Source of the DNA: Trichodesmium erythraeum IMS101
GTDB lineage: Bacteria > Cyanobacteriota > Cyanobacteriia > Cyanobacteriales > Microcoleaceae
Reading direction: 5' to 3'
NCBI RefSeq assembly: GCF_000014265.1
Contig: NC_008312.1
Coordinates: forward strand, 2,040,001 to 2,072,000
Length of the DNA: 32,000 nucleotides
In this document: positions 20,080 to 28,828 of the stretch, piece after piece
Position numbering within the stretch: the first letter of the stretch is position 1
Layout: each line of letters opens with the position of its first letter
Position numbers and translations under genes: made by a program
The notes under the pieces: model-generated
What the model was told of the DNA's origin: nothing
Seen by the model: only the letters and a program-made list of their open reading frames with translations
Database searches by the model: none

Positions 20080-20560
20080 GCCCTGGGATAAAAATTGGAA
20101 AATTATTAATAATATTGGTGGCGGTGGTCAATGTCAAAATAATCTAGTTGAACCTAAAAATAATTCGTTTCCAGCTCATCAATAGGTTCTCAAAAAACTT
20201 AACAAACAAAATAACTATGAAAAACTTTCAAGAATGCATAGAAGAGTAGCTACTCTAACTATATATTTATTGGCTAGGAATACCAAGGTTAATTGATTGA
20301 AATTCACAACTTTGAAGTCAGATAATTTCTTTTATCTGGTAACTGAATTTATACCCAGAGATACCTTATCTAATTTTATTAAAACAGAAGTAATAAATAT
20401 TTTTAATGGGATAAGTTTGATAATATAATTATCACATAATCTTAACTATTGCCATCAAATATCGATAGTAAATAAGATATTAAGCCAGATAATATCATAT
20501 CAAAAATAACGAGATTAGCACCCCAGTATTAATATATTTTGGGATTTATTTAATCTCATC
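20080..20560 (+). pseudogene. Relic of a Hanks-type Ser/Thr protein kinase (N-lobe to DFG motif); multiple stops and at least two frameshifts
   Basis: Gly-loop NNIGGGGQCQNNLVEP starts at 20108. Hinge region FFYLVTEFIPRDTLSNFI (20327-20380) is in the same frame as the Gly-loop but separated from it by in-frame stops. Catalytic loop DIKPDNII (20476-20499) is in another frame. VLIYFGI (20526-20546, DFG degraded to YFG) is in a third frame. The relic stops about 80 nt short of the 3' end of the amidase gene. Confidence 0.65.
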
Positions 20561-20637
20561 AGTTATATATTTATATAAATAATAGTATTTATCACTTAAA
20601 TAAATATAAAAGCTATATCTATAATTTATTTTCAATT

Positions 20638-21978
20638 TTATAAAGGACAAGGTAAAGGATTAATAATGCTACTGATCTGGTTAGCAATTGTTAAAAGCTT
20701 TTGATCATTTCCATAGTTTCCTACTAATTGAACACCAATAGGGAGCCCCTTAGAGGATAAAGTTAATGGGATAACAACCACAGGATAACCAGTTAAATTA
20801 AATAAGGTTGTATAAGCACCGATCGCTTGAAAATATGGATAACTTTTTCCCTCTATATCTATATCATTACCAAAAGGAAAACGAGGAAAAGCAGGAAAAG
20901 GAACAACTGGAATTAACCAAATATCAACCTTCTGAAAAAATAGGGCTAATTGATTCATAATCATTTGACGTTTTTCAAGAGCAATCATATAGTTTTTCTG
21001 CTCATCTTTTGGCGTTGAAGGATTAAATTCATAGCTTAAAATATTTCTATAAATCTCCCAAACTTCATCCATATTGATTTGAGAAAGATTTCTATATTCT
21101 AGCTGATAATCTAACTCAGATAAAACATCAATAACTGTTTTAATAGCTTTTTTAGTTTCAGAACAACAAGGAATATTACCGAAACCATAAGACCATACAA
21201 AGCCATAAGAATTTAAACTAGAAAATGAGTTAATTTTTTCATTTAATCCTTGATGATTACTTTCTTTTATGACCGAAAAACATAACATTAAATCTTCAAC
21301 TGATCGTCCCAAATATCCGACATTTTGACAATGATTAATTGTTAAAGGATTACCCGGTAATTCAGGAATATGACCATAGGTTGAAACCCTCTTTTCTGTT
21401 GCTTTAATGGTATAAATACCACAAAAATGAGCCGGAATTCGAAGCGACCCTCCCAAATCACTTCCTATGTCAAAAACCGATAATTGAGCAGCGATCGCAG
21501 ACCCACCTCCTCCTGTACTTCCCCCTGGTGTATAGTCTAAATTCCAAGGGTTATTTGTGCGACCAAATAAAGGACTATTGGTTTGAAAATCTCCGGTTAA
21601 TTTTGGGGTATTAGTCTTACCTAAAATAATAGCGCCGGCTGCTTTTAATTTTGCTACAACCGTTGCATCTTTTCGGGGAATATAGTTAGCTAAAGGTTCA
21701 TAACTACAAGTTGTTCTCAGCCCTTTCGTTTCTAAACTGTCTTTAATAGTAATAGGAACTCCGTGTAAAGGTCCAAAACATTTTCCTTTTGCTAAGGCAC
21801 GATCTGCTTTTTTAACCTGTTGATCAACTTGTTCTGGATCGAGAGTAATAATAGCATTTAATTGAGGGTTATAGTAAGAAATACGTTGAAGATAAGCTGT
21901 CACTACTTCTTCACAAGAAACCAGGCGTTCACGAATTATTTTTGCTAAGGTATGGGCAGATAAAGATGTTAATTTCAC
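20638..21978 (-). CDS. Amidase signature (AS) family amidohydrolase
   Basis: 446-aa ORF with a GTG start. AS motifs GVPITIKDS (catalytic Lys region) and GGSTGGGGSAIAAQLSVFDIGSDLGGSLRIPA (Ser-cisSer region). Confidence 0.85.
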   Translation of the reverse strand: MKLTSLSAHTLAKIIRERLVSCEEVVTAYLQRISYYNPQLNAIITLDPEQVDQQVKKADRALAKGKCFGPLHGVPITIKDSLETKGLRTTCSYEPLANYIPRKDATVVAKLKAAGAIILGKTNTPKLTGDFQTNSPLFGRTNNPWNLDYTPGGSTGGGGSAIAAQLSVFDIGSDLGGSLRIPAHFCGIYTIKATEKRVSTYGHIPELPGNPLTINHCQNVGYLGRSVEDLMLCFSVIKESNHQGLNEKINSFSSLNSYGFVWSYGFGNIPCCSETKKAIKTVIDVLSELDYQLEYRNLSQINMDEVWEIYRNILSYEFNPSTPKDEQKNYMIALEKRQMIMNQLALFFQKVDIWLIPVVPFPAFPRFPFGNDIDIEGKSYPYFQAIGAYTTLFNLTGYPVVVIPLTLSSKGLPIGVQLVGNYGNDQKLLTIANQISSIINPLPCPL

Positions 21979-22597
21979 TTTAATTAATCATCATTGGTAT
22001 GTCTATCAGTTGTAAAATAAAATAGGGGATTAAAAACTATAGATTTGAATGCCAATACAATTCTAATTTTTAGTCATTATTCTATCTAGCTTTAAGTGCA
22101 TCTTTAAAAACTTCCAAAGTAATTCTATCTGTCATCTTTGTACATATATATCTACTCTATATTTATCACTTACTCCTTCCTAAATTGTCAGTATTCAGCG
22201 ATAAGCTATGAGTTATGAACTCATTATATTGGAAGGAGGAATTAGTCTCTAAGGAAAATTAAAAAGTTATGTTTAGACAGCATAACCTTTGTATCCCATT
22301 CCGTATTTTAGGAAAGGTAAGGTAAGAACATGTAATTGGTCATTAGGTAACCTTAGTAGTTGTTTGGCAGTTATTCAAAAGCGCTCAAGCAGAATGAATG
22401 CAGTGCTCAATGATTTAAGGTAAATTAGTAGTTAATCTAAATTATATTCAGTCACCTAAATCAGTCTACAATGGCTCAAATGCTAGATATATCAAGGAAC
22501 AAGTTGATTAAAAGTAAAACCTTTACTTTATCTGTATTTGATGTTATTTTTAATGTTTTATTTTGCTAAATTACCCATATAAAAAAAAGAACTCAAA

Positions 22598-22633
22598 CCT
22601 GGACTTAAACATTATACTTGCAGCAAGTCCAGG
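22598..22633 (-). terminator. Candidate bidirectional intrinsic terminator downstream of the HlyD-family gene
   Basis: Perfect 9-bp stem cctggactt / aagtccagg with an 18-nt loop. Minus-strand downstream context is tttgagttctttttttt. Plus-strand downstream context is atttttct. Lies about 150 nt past the stop codon at 22784. Confidence 0.45.
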
Positions 22634-22783
22634 ATTTTTCTCATCGGGTTAAGTATATTTTCTGAGCCAATATAGCAATAATCAAAGAACTTTACAATAT
22701 AGACTAGTAGTTAATCTTAAACTTTTGAAATATTTGCCACTATTGCCTATTTCCTGCTATAGCTGACTGCTAAAAGCTGATAG

Positions 22784-24964
22784 TTAATTAACATTAGTCA
22801 AACTCTTAAACTTGCCAGTAAACCTATTAAAGAACAACTCTAAAACAGTCCGCTTACCAACATTAATATTAGAGTTAATTGCCATACCATTCTGTAAGCC
22901 AATTTCCAGATCATTCTCATTATCCAGAACAAATGTTTGGCGTTCTAAATCAATTGTAGTTTTAAAAGAAAAATAAGGTCTTCCTGCTTCTTGGTCTGGT
23001 GGCATAGCATCATCACTAATAGAAATAACCTCCCCAGTCACAGTTCCAAATTCATTAGCAGGTAAAGCTTCAACTTGTACTTCTACAGGTACACAGTCTA
23101 CATCACTTAAACCTAGTTTTTCCCTATTTTCTTTTAACTCCGGACAAGCACATTTTTTACCTGCTTCACATGCAATAACCTCTCCACCAGCTAACTCTTC
23201 GTCGTGATAAGGTTCTAATTTTTTGCGTTTATCATTTAAAGCTTTTAACACCAGAGCAACATCTTTATTCTGAATATAAACTACTGCTTTCAAACCTTCA
23301 TCATCATCCAATACTGTCAGTAAAGGTTGAGTTTGTTGTGCCTCATAAGAAGCATCCTCACATCTTTCTGGTTGAATATCTCCTGGCTTCAAAACATCAT
23401 TAATAACATATTGACAGATAGGGTCTGTCTTAATATCTAAAGAAGATTCTTCTTTAGTTGTAGGTTGTAAATCAAAAATCACCCCAGAAACTGGTGACTT
23501 TAAAACTTGATTATCACGAGCTTCTTCTAACTTTTCTATTTGAGCATTAACTTCAGTCAGTCGCTTGTTATTTTCTAATTGTAAGCGAGTAAATTGAGAA
23601 TCTATTCTGGAAATTTCTCTACCTTCATTTTCAGCAATTCTGGCATAAAGTTCCCTTGCCCAAGCATCTCTTGTATTTTTTAATTGTTCTCTAGTTCTAT
23701 TAATAGATACATTTAAACGTTGTTGTTCTAACCTAATACGTTGCACTTCTGCTTGACGCGCCTTAACCTCTCCTTCTCGGGCATTAATATCAGCTTTTCT
23801 AGAATTAATTTCACCCTCGCGAGTATTAACTTCTCCCTCTAAATTATTAAGGTCCGCCCTACGAGAATTTACTTCTCCTTCTCTAGCATTAATATCAGCT
23901 AACCGAGAATTAATTTCTCCCAATCTAATATTTATTTCTCCTGCCCTTGACTGTATTTGGTCTTGTTGTCTTAAGAGCTCACTTTCCCCACGAAATACTT
24001 CTTGTTCTTGACGTTTTTTTTGCAGTTCAGCCATAGCTCCTTCTTCTACCAAAGGAGATATTTGCTCTAGAATTCCTTGGTTAGAATCTAATACTTGTCC
24101 TGATTTATCTAATTGCCCCTTTGCTAGCTTTAATTGTTCTTGAGAATACTTTAATTGTGCCTGAGTATTGTTCAGTTGTTCTCTGGCAAATTTCAGTTGT
24201 TTTTCTGTATTATTTAATTGTTCATAAGCATAAGTTAGCTTTTGCTTACTATTATTTAATTGTTGTTTAGCAAATTCTAATTGTTGTCTAGAATATTGCA
24301 ATTGATCTTGAGCAACCCTTAATTGTTCTGTTGCTGCTTCTTCCTGTTTTTCTGCTTGTTGAAGTTGTTTTTGTAGTTCTCGAACTTGTAATTCTACAGC
24401 ACCTACACGAGAATTATATTCAGCCTTGTAATTGATATATAATCCTTGTAAACTTCTGTCAATATTCACAAAACGACCTCTGTTTAAATAAAGTTCATCA
24501 ATTAAAGCGCCATAGGCTTGGTTTTCTGATAGTCTAGTTTGTCTTTCTTGAGCAAGTTTTCGCAAATCTGAAGGTAAATCTCTAGGAACTTTACCATTTA
24601 ATACTTCCTCATAAAATTTATTTTCTCTTTTGAGAGTTTCTTTTAACTTAATTGCCGAACCTAAATCTGCACTGGGAGCAGTAGGGCTAAAAGTTAATAA
24701 TGGTTGATTTTTTTCTACCCGATCACCATTTTCTACATGAAGTCTAACTACATTTCCACTGGTAGGAGCTTGGACATCTATAGAACCATCTTTAAGTTCT
24801 AATTTACCTGTTGCCGGTACAGCTTGGTCTATCTCGGCAAAGTAAGCCCAGATAATAGCTGAACTAGTCATAATCATAATCATCCAGAGAAATAGCCGAG
24901 ATAATATAGCTGGTTTCTCTAAAATTATTGGTTGTTCTTTTAATGATATTGATTTATCTTGCAT
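22784..24964 (-). CDS. HlyD-family membrane fusion / periplasmic adaptor protein with a greatly extended coiled-coil
   Basis: 726-aa ORF. N-terminal TM helix LFLWMIMIMTSSAIIWAYF. Lipoyl-like half motifs GKLELKDGSIDVQAPTSGNVVRLHVENGDRVEKNQPLL and LKSPVSGVIFDL. About 380 aa of heptad-rich helix lies between them. Confidence 0.85.
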   Translation of the reverse strand: MQDKSISLKEQPIILEKPAILSRLFLWMIMIMTSSAIIWAYFAEIDQAVPATGKLELKDGSIDVQAPTSGNVVRLHVENGDRVEKNQPLLTFSPTAPSADLGSAIKLKETLKRENKFYEEVLNGKVPRDLPSDLRKLAQERQTRLSENQAYGALIDELYLNRGRFVNIDRSLQGLYINYKAEYNSRVGAVELQVRELQKQLQQAEKQEEAATEQLRVAQDQLQYSRQQLEFAKQQLNNSKQKLTYAYEQLNNTEKQLKFAREQLNNTQAQLKYSQEQLKLAKGQLDKSGQVLDSNQGILEQISPLVEEGAMAELQKKRQEQEVFRGESELLRQQDQIQSRAGEINIRLGEINSRLADINAREGEVNSRRADLNNLEGEVNTREGEINSRKADINAREGEVKARQAEVQRIRLEQQRLNVSINRTREQLKNTRDAWARELYARIAENEGREISRIDSQFTRLQLENNKRLTEVNAQIEKLEEARDNQVLKSPVSGVIFDLQPTTKEESSLDIKTDPICQYVINDVLKPGDIQPERCEDASYEAQQTQPLLTVLDDDEGLKAVVYIQNKDVALVLKALNDKRKKLEPYHDEELAGGEVIACEAGKKCACPELKENREKLGLSDVDCVPVEVQVEALPANEFGTVTGEVISISDDAMPPDQEAGRPYFSFKTTIDLERQTFVLDNENDLEIGLQNGMAINSNINVGKRTVLELFFNRFTGKFKSLTNVN

Positions 24965-25158
24965 TTTTTTTCTCTTTTAATATATTAGGAAAAAGGAGTA
25001 AGCAGGAGGTATTTAGGAATAGTCAGGCAAGGAAAAGTCTTTTAGAAAAAAGTCGGAGGTTAGTCGTCATTAACTATTAGTGCTCCAGCAAAACTATTTA
25101 TCTATTTAAATTATTTGTGCTTTTTAAAAGGCAAAGAATTCAGCTTGTATAAATAAAT

Positions 25159-25176
25159 ATGCAATTAATATTGCAT
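25159..25176. promoter_or_regulatory. Palindrome ATGCAAT-TAAT-ATTGCAT in the 309-bp ABC-HlyD spacer (candidate operator)
   Basis: 7-bp perfect inverted arms around a 4-bp centre. It lies about 195 nt upstream of the HlyD-family start codon, within an unusually long intra-module spacer. Confidence 0.25.
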
Positions 25177-25273
25177 GACAACTTCAGTAGCTTCTTTTAC
25201 CCCTCCTAATTTTTAATAATTTAGGAATTGTGCTGAAATTTTCTTTCTCCTTACTCCTTCTTCCTCCTCCAAA

Positions 25274-28273
25274 TTATTGTTGAGATTCTTGTTGTTGATA
25301 AAGGCAGAAATAACGCCCTTTTACTCCCATTAATTCATCATGGGTTCCCTGCTCTACCACCGAACCTTTATCCATCATTATGATAGTATTAGCATTTTTT
25401 ACTGTTGTTAAACGGTGAGTAATAAAAAACACTGTTGTATTGGTAAAAGCCTCAGCTAAATTCTCTCCAACCTGACGTTCAGAACTGTAATCTAAAGCGC
25501 TAGTTGCTTCATCTAATATCAACAATTTGGGATTTTGTAGAACTGTCCGAGCAATTGCAATTCTTTGTCTTTGACCCCCTGACAAAGAAGCTCCTCTTTC
25601 TCCCACCATTGTGTTATAACCACTAGGCAAATTCATAATAAAATCATGAGCAACTGCTATCTTAGCGGCTCGAATAATTTCATCAGTCGTTGCATCTGGA
25701 TTTGTCAAAGCAATATTATCTTGAACAGTACCATTAAACAGAAGAGTATCTTGTAAAACCACCCCAATTTGACGGCGTAAAGAGTATAGTTCTACCTTTT
25801 GAATATCATATCCATCAATGAAAATTCGACCAGAAAGTGGAGGATATAAGCGTTGCAATAACTTCATTAGTGTACTTTTTCCGGAACCACTCAACCCCAC
25901 AATACCCACAAAATGACCAGCAGGAAATTCCAGATTTATATTTGCTAATTGTAAAGGTCCGCTTTGAGTAAACCTGAAGCAAAGTTCCTCAAATTTGACA
26001 CTGCCATTAATTGGTGGCATATCAATATTATTCCGGTCTTCCTCATCTACTTCCGCTTCAGTATCTAAAACATCTCTTAATCGTTCAATTGACATTCCTA
26101 CTTCTTGGAAACTTTGCCAAACACTAACAAAACGGAGCAATGAACCTGTCACATTACCAGCAATAATTCGGAAAGCAATTAATCCCCCTACAGATAACTG
26201 ACCATCAATAACTAAATAAGCGCCAACCCATAAAAGCGCTAATCCTGAAAGTTTATTTAAAAATGTACTAATAGAACTAGAAGTAGTTTGAGTAAGAACA
26301 GTATTAAAACTAGCAGTCATAAATCTAGTATAACGGGATGACCATTCCCAACGAGACTTCAATTCTAAATTTTGCGCCTTAACAGTTTGCACACCATTTA
26401 GTACTTCTACCAAGTATGACTGAGAATCTGCATAACGTTCTGCCTTTTTCCGTAGTAACCTTCTGACAATAGGAGAGTTAATTAAAATAATACCAGCAAA
26501 GAAAGGTACTCCAGCCAAAGCAACCGCCGTCATTAATGGGTTGAGAGTCAACATTACAGCAACATAAATTACTGAGAAGACCGCATCTAAAACCACTGTT
26601 AAGGCTGTGCCTGTCAGAAAATTCCGAATATTAGCTAATTCTCCAATTCTACCTACCAAATCACCTACCCGGCGATTATCAAAATAAGTGAGTGGTAGAC
26701 GAAGTAAATGGTCAATTACCTCTGAGCTAAGTTTGACATCTATACGGTTAGTAGTATCTACAAATAAGAAAGTCCGTAGACCTCCCAACAAAGCCTCAAA
26801 TAGAGCCACTAATAACATCAAGATTCCCAGAACATCCAAAGCCTCAATATTACGTTGCCCCATCACTTTATCGATGATAATCATCGTCATTAGAGGGTTG
26901 ACCAAGCCAAATACCTGTACAAAAAATGAGGAAATCAAAACCTCAATAAATACTGTGCGATGTTCCATCAAAGAAGGAACAAACCACCAAAAACTAAACT
27001 GTTCCTTCTGCTCAGTTTTTGGTGCTTCTAGTAGTAGAATTTGTCCTGACTCTCCCCAAATTTCCTGGAACTCACCTGGTTTGAGACGACTTAATCCTGA
27101 TTCTGGACTCCCAACGACAATTTCTTTTTCTGTAATACTATAAAGTATACCAAAACTATTTTGCCATTCAACTAGAGCTGGTGCTCTGAGTCGAGGCACT
27201 GCTGATGCCGACACTTGTGCTAGTTGACCCGTTAATCCCATCATCTGAGCGATCGCCCCACAAGCCTGCATAGACACTCTACCTGCTGTGCGGATCTGAT
27301 TATCCAATACTCGACGAATTACGTCCCGGCGAAACCTGAGGCCAAAATGTTTGGCTAGCATCTGAAAGCAAGCTAAAGGAGCTGCTATTTGTCCTTTAGC
27401 TCGAAAAATTGGGTACTTTTTTGATGAAGTATCTTGAGCCACAGTAGGTTCTGATGGACGTGCTGGTGCTAGGGGAACCTTAGATAAATCCAAGGGTACC
27501 AGTTGACTAGTTTCCGCCCAATTTTCTATTGTTTGTTCCTCATCTTGTTGTTCAGGTAATCCGATAATTCTTGCACCTCTTGGCCCTTCTATTTTAATAG
27601 ACCTACCTGTTCCAGCTCTATCCAAAACTACTTGAGAACCTGAAGGAAAATCTCCTACTACCCCACTACTAACTAGCCATATTTTTTTTTTGTCGAGGAT
27701 CGAAGCTATTTCTATGGTTTTGTGGTCTCCTTTCGGTAGATTTACTACTACAGTATTTTGGACAACATTTTGAGCTAGTTGTTTGAGGTTATTATTTACT
27801 TCAGCTCTTCTATCAAATTCTTGGCTTAGTAGTTCAAATACTTCACTTATTGCTGGACTTTCGAGAAAGACTGCTCCAAATTCTGGTTCTACTTCTAGTA
27901 TTGCCAAAAAATCTGCTGCTGGTAAAGTAATAGCGATTAAGTCTGTGGAAGCGAGTGCTGTTTCACAAGGCATCCCTCGTAGCAACCCGGCCCAACCTAG
28001 AATTTCTCCTGGTCCTGCTAATTGCAAACTGATGTGACGTTGCGATCGCTCCTCATAACCTAATACTCGTGCCTGACCCTGATAAATAATTGCTATCTGG
28101 TTTGGCATTTTTTCCCTTTCAAATAGTGGTTGGCCAGCACGGTAACCTAGAAGTTGACACTTTTCCACTAATTGAGTTCTCAGAGCATTTTCTGAAAGTT
28201 TGTTAAATGGTGGCTTATTTGCCAGAAATTCTTGTACTTGTACTCTTGATATTGTCGAAGAAGGAGTAGCCAT
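25274..28273 (-). CDS. ABC exporter of the HlyB / bacteriocin-exporter class: cNMP-binding-like domain + C39-like domain + 6-TM domain + NBD
   Basis: 999-aa ORF. aa ~20-135: cyclic-nucleotide-binding fold (IYQGQARVL...GPGEILGWAGLLRGMPCETALA). aa ~290-415: C39-peptidase-like domain (AAPLACFQMLAKHFG). TMD at aa ~430-720. NBD with Walker A GLSGSGKST, signature LSGGQRQRIAIAR, Walker B LLILDEATSALD and H-loop ITHRL. Confidence 0.9.
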   Translation of the reverse strand: MATPSSTISRVQVQEFLANKPPFNKLSENALRTQLVEKCQLLGYRAGQPLFEREKMPNQIAIIYQGQARVLGYEERSQRHISLQLAGPGEILGWAGLLRGMPCETALASTDLIAITLPAADFLAILEVEPEFGAVFLESPAISEVFELLSQEFDRRAEVNNNLKQLAQNVVQNTVVVNLPKGDHKTIEIASILDKKKIWLVSSGVVGDFPSGSQVVLDRAGTGRSIKIEGPRGARIIGLPEQQDEEQTIENWAETSQLVPLDLSKVPLAPARPSEPTVAQDTSSKKYPIFRAKGQIAAPLACFQMLAKHFGLRFRRDVIRRVLDNQIRTAGRVSMQACGAIAQMMGLTGQLAQVSASAVPRLRAPALVEWQNSFGILYSITEKEIVVGSPESGLSRLKPGEFQEIWGESGQILLLEAPKTEQKEQFSFWWFVPSLMEHRTVFIEVLISSFFVQVFGLVNPLMTMIIIDKVMGQRNIEALDVLGILMLLVALFEALLGGLRTFLFVDTTNRIDVKLSSEVIDHLLRLPLTYFDNRRVGDLVGRIGELANIRNFLTGTALTVVLDAVFSVIYVAVMLTLNPLMTAVALAGVPFFAGIILINSPIVRRLLRKKAERYADSQSYLVEVLNGVQTVKAQNLELKSRWEWSSRYTRFMTASFNTVLTQTTSSSISTFLNKLSGLALLWVGAYLVIDGQLSVGGLIAFRIIAGNVTGSLLRFVSVWQSFQEVGMSIERLRDVLDTEAEVDEEDRNNIDMPPINGSVKFEELCFRFTQSGPLQLANINLEFPAGHFVGIVGLSGSGKSTLMKLLQRLYPPLSGRIFIDGYDIQKVELYSLRRQIGVVLQDTLLFNGTVQDNIALTNPDATTDEIIRAAKIAVAHDFIMNLPSGYNTMVGERGASLSGGQRQRIAIARTVLQNPKLLILDEATSALDYSSERQVGENLAEAFTNTTVFFITHRLTTVKNANTIIMMDKGSVVEQGTHDELMGVKGRYFCLYQQQESQQ

Positions 28274-28439
28274 TTAGTTTATGTTATTTCACTATAGTTG
28301 GGAGATAACTATTGATTTTCCCTAATTTTTATATATTTGGGTATTTATATGATTCACTAGAAAATTGGGTCTGCTAAACTTTTTGAGGGACTTTTGCTAA
28401 GATTTCTGTGCCATAGAATATGCTATGTTCTTTAATTAT

Positions 28440-28800
28440 TTGCAAGGGGGCACGCCTCCTTCGGAGGAGACGCCTCTTGCAGAGGAGCTTTGCTTTAGGC
28501 ATATCTAGGAATTTGTTTTCTTACCCTTTACCCCTGCCGTCCAAAATCTGAATTTTGGAGAGGTATATTTCCGGCCACGGGTATGAAACCCATTTCATGT
28601 CGCGTTTGATCTGCATAGCGATAAGGAAAATAAAACTAAAATTATAAACGGACGCGGAGGAACCCGCAACTTTCCCTTACTTCCCTTTCCTGGAGGGGGT
28701 GTGAGTGGGTTGGGGTAGATGCAGCATCCGAATTCAGGGTAAGCTTTGGGTCAGCAAAACGTCAACCCACCGAATATCTATAGCTCAGGATAAATTTCAC
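28440..28800. other. G+C-rich, hairpin-dense non-coding island (candidate structured RNA, leader or retroelement relic)
   Basis: My hand count gives about 47% G+C over 28441-28800, visibly above the flanking AT-rich intergenic DNA. Two tandem 18-nt hairpin modules: acgcctccttcggaggag and acgcctcttgcagaggag (28452-28487). Other stems: ccaaaat/attttgg (28541-28558), atgaaa/tttcat (28583-28598), gcgg/ccgc (28654-28667). Long-range 8-bp pairing gtgggttg (28705-28712) with caacccac (28763-28770). Confidence 0.5.
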
Positions 28801-28828
28801 CATCTAATACCCGAAGAGGATCTCAACC

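Noticed and set aside
22471-22569. 32-codon plus-strand sORF (MAQMLDISRNKLIKSKTFTLSVFDVIFNVLFC) just upstream of the 22598-22633 hairpin
   Set aside because: The sORF-plus-terminator geometry is attractive, but there is no motif, no conservation information and an AT-driven composition. The evidence is insufficient.
28440-28560. Resemblance of the minus-strand sequence (cagggguaaaggg ... aaagcaaagc) to c-di-GMP-I or glutamine-type riboswitch cores, and of GUGUG at ~28699 to a group II intron 5' end
   Set aside because: These are only short string similarities recalled from memory. I cannot reproduce the required secondary-structure framework by eye. A covariance-model search is needed before any such claim.
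28521-28616. 31-codon minus-strand sORF inside the G+C-rich island as a possible exporter cargo peptide
   Set aside because: It has no GG-type leader and no evident ribosome-binding site. It overlaps strong hairpins, and the exporter's C39-like domain looks catalytically dead. I kept it only as a note under the island finding.
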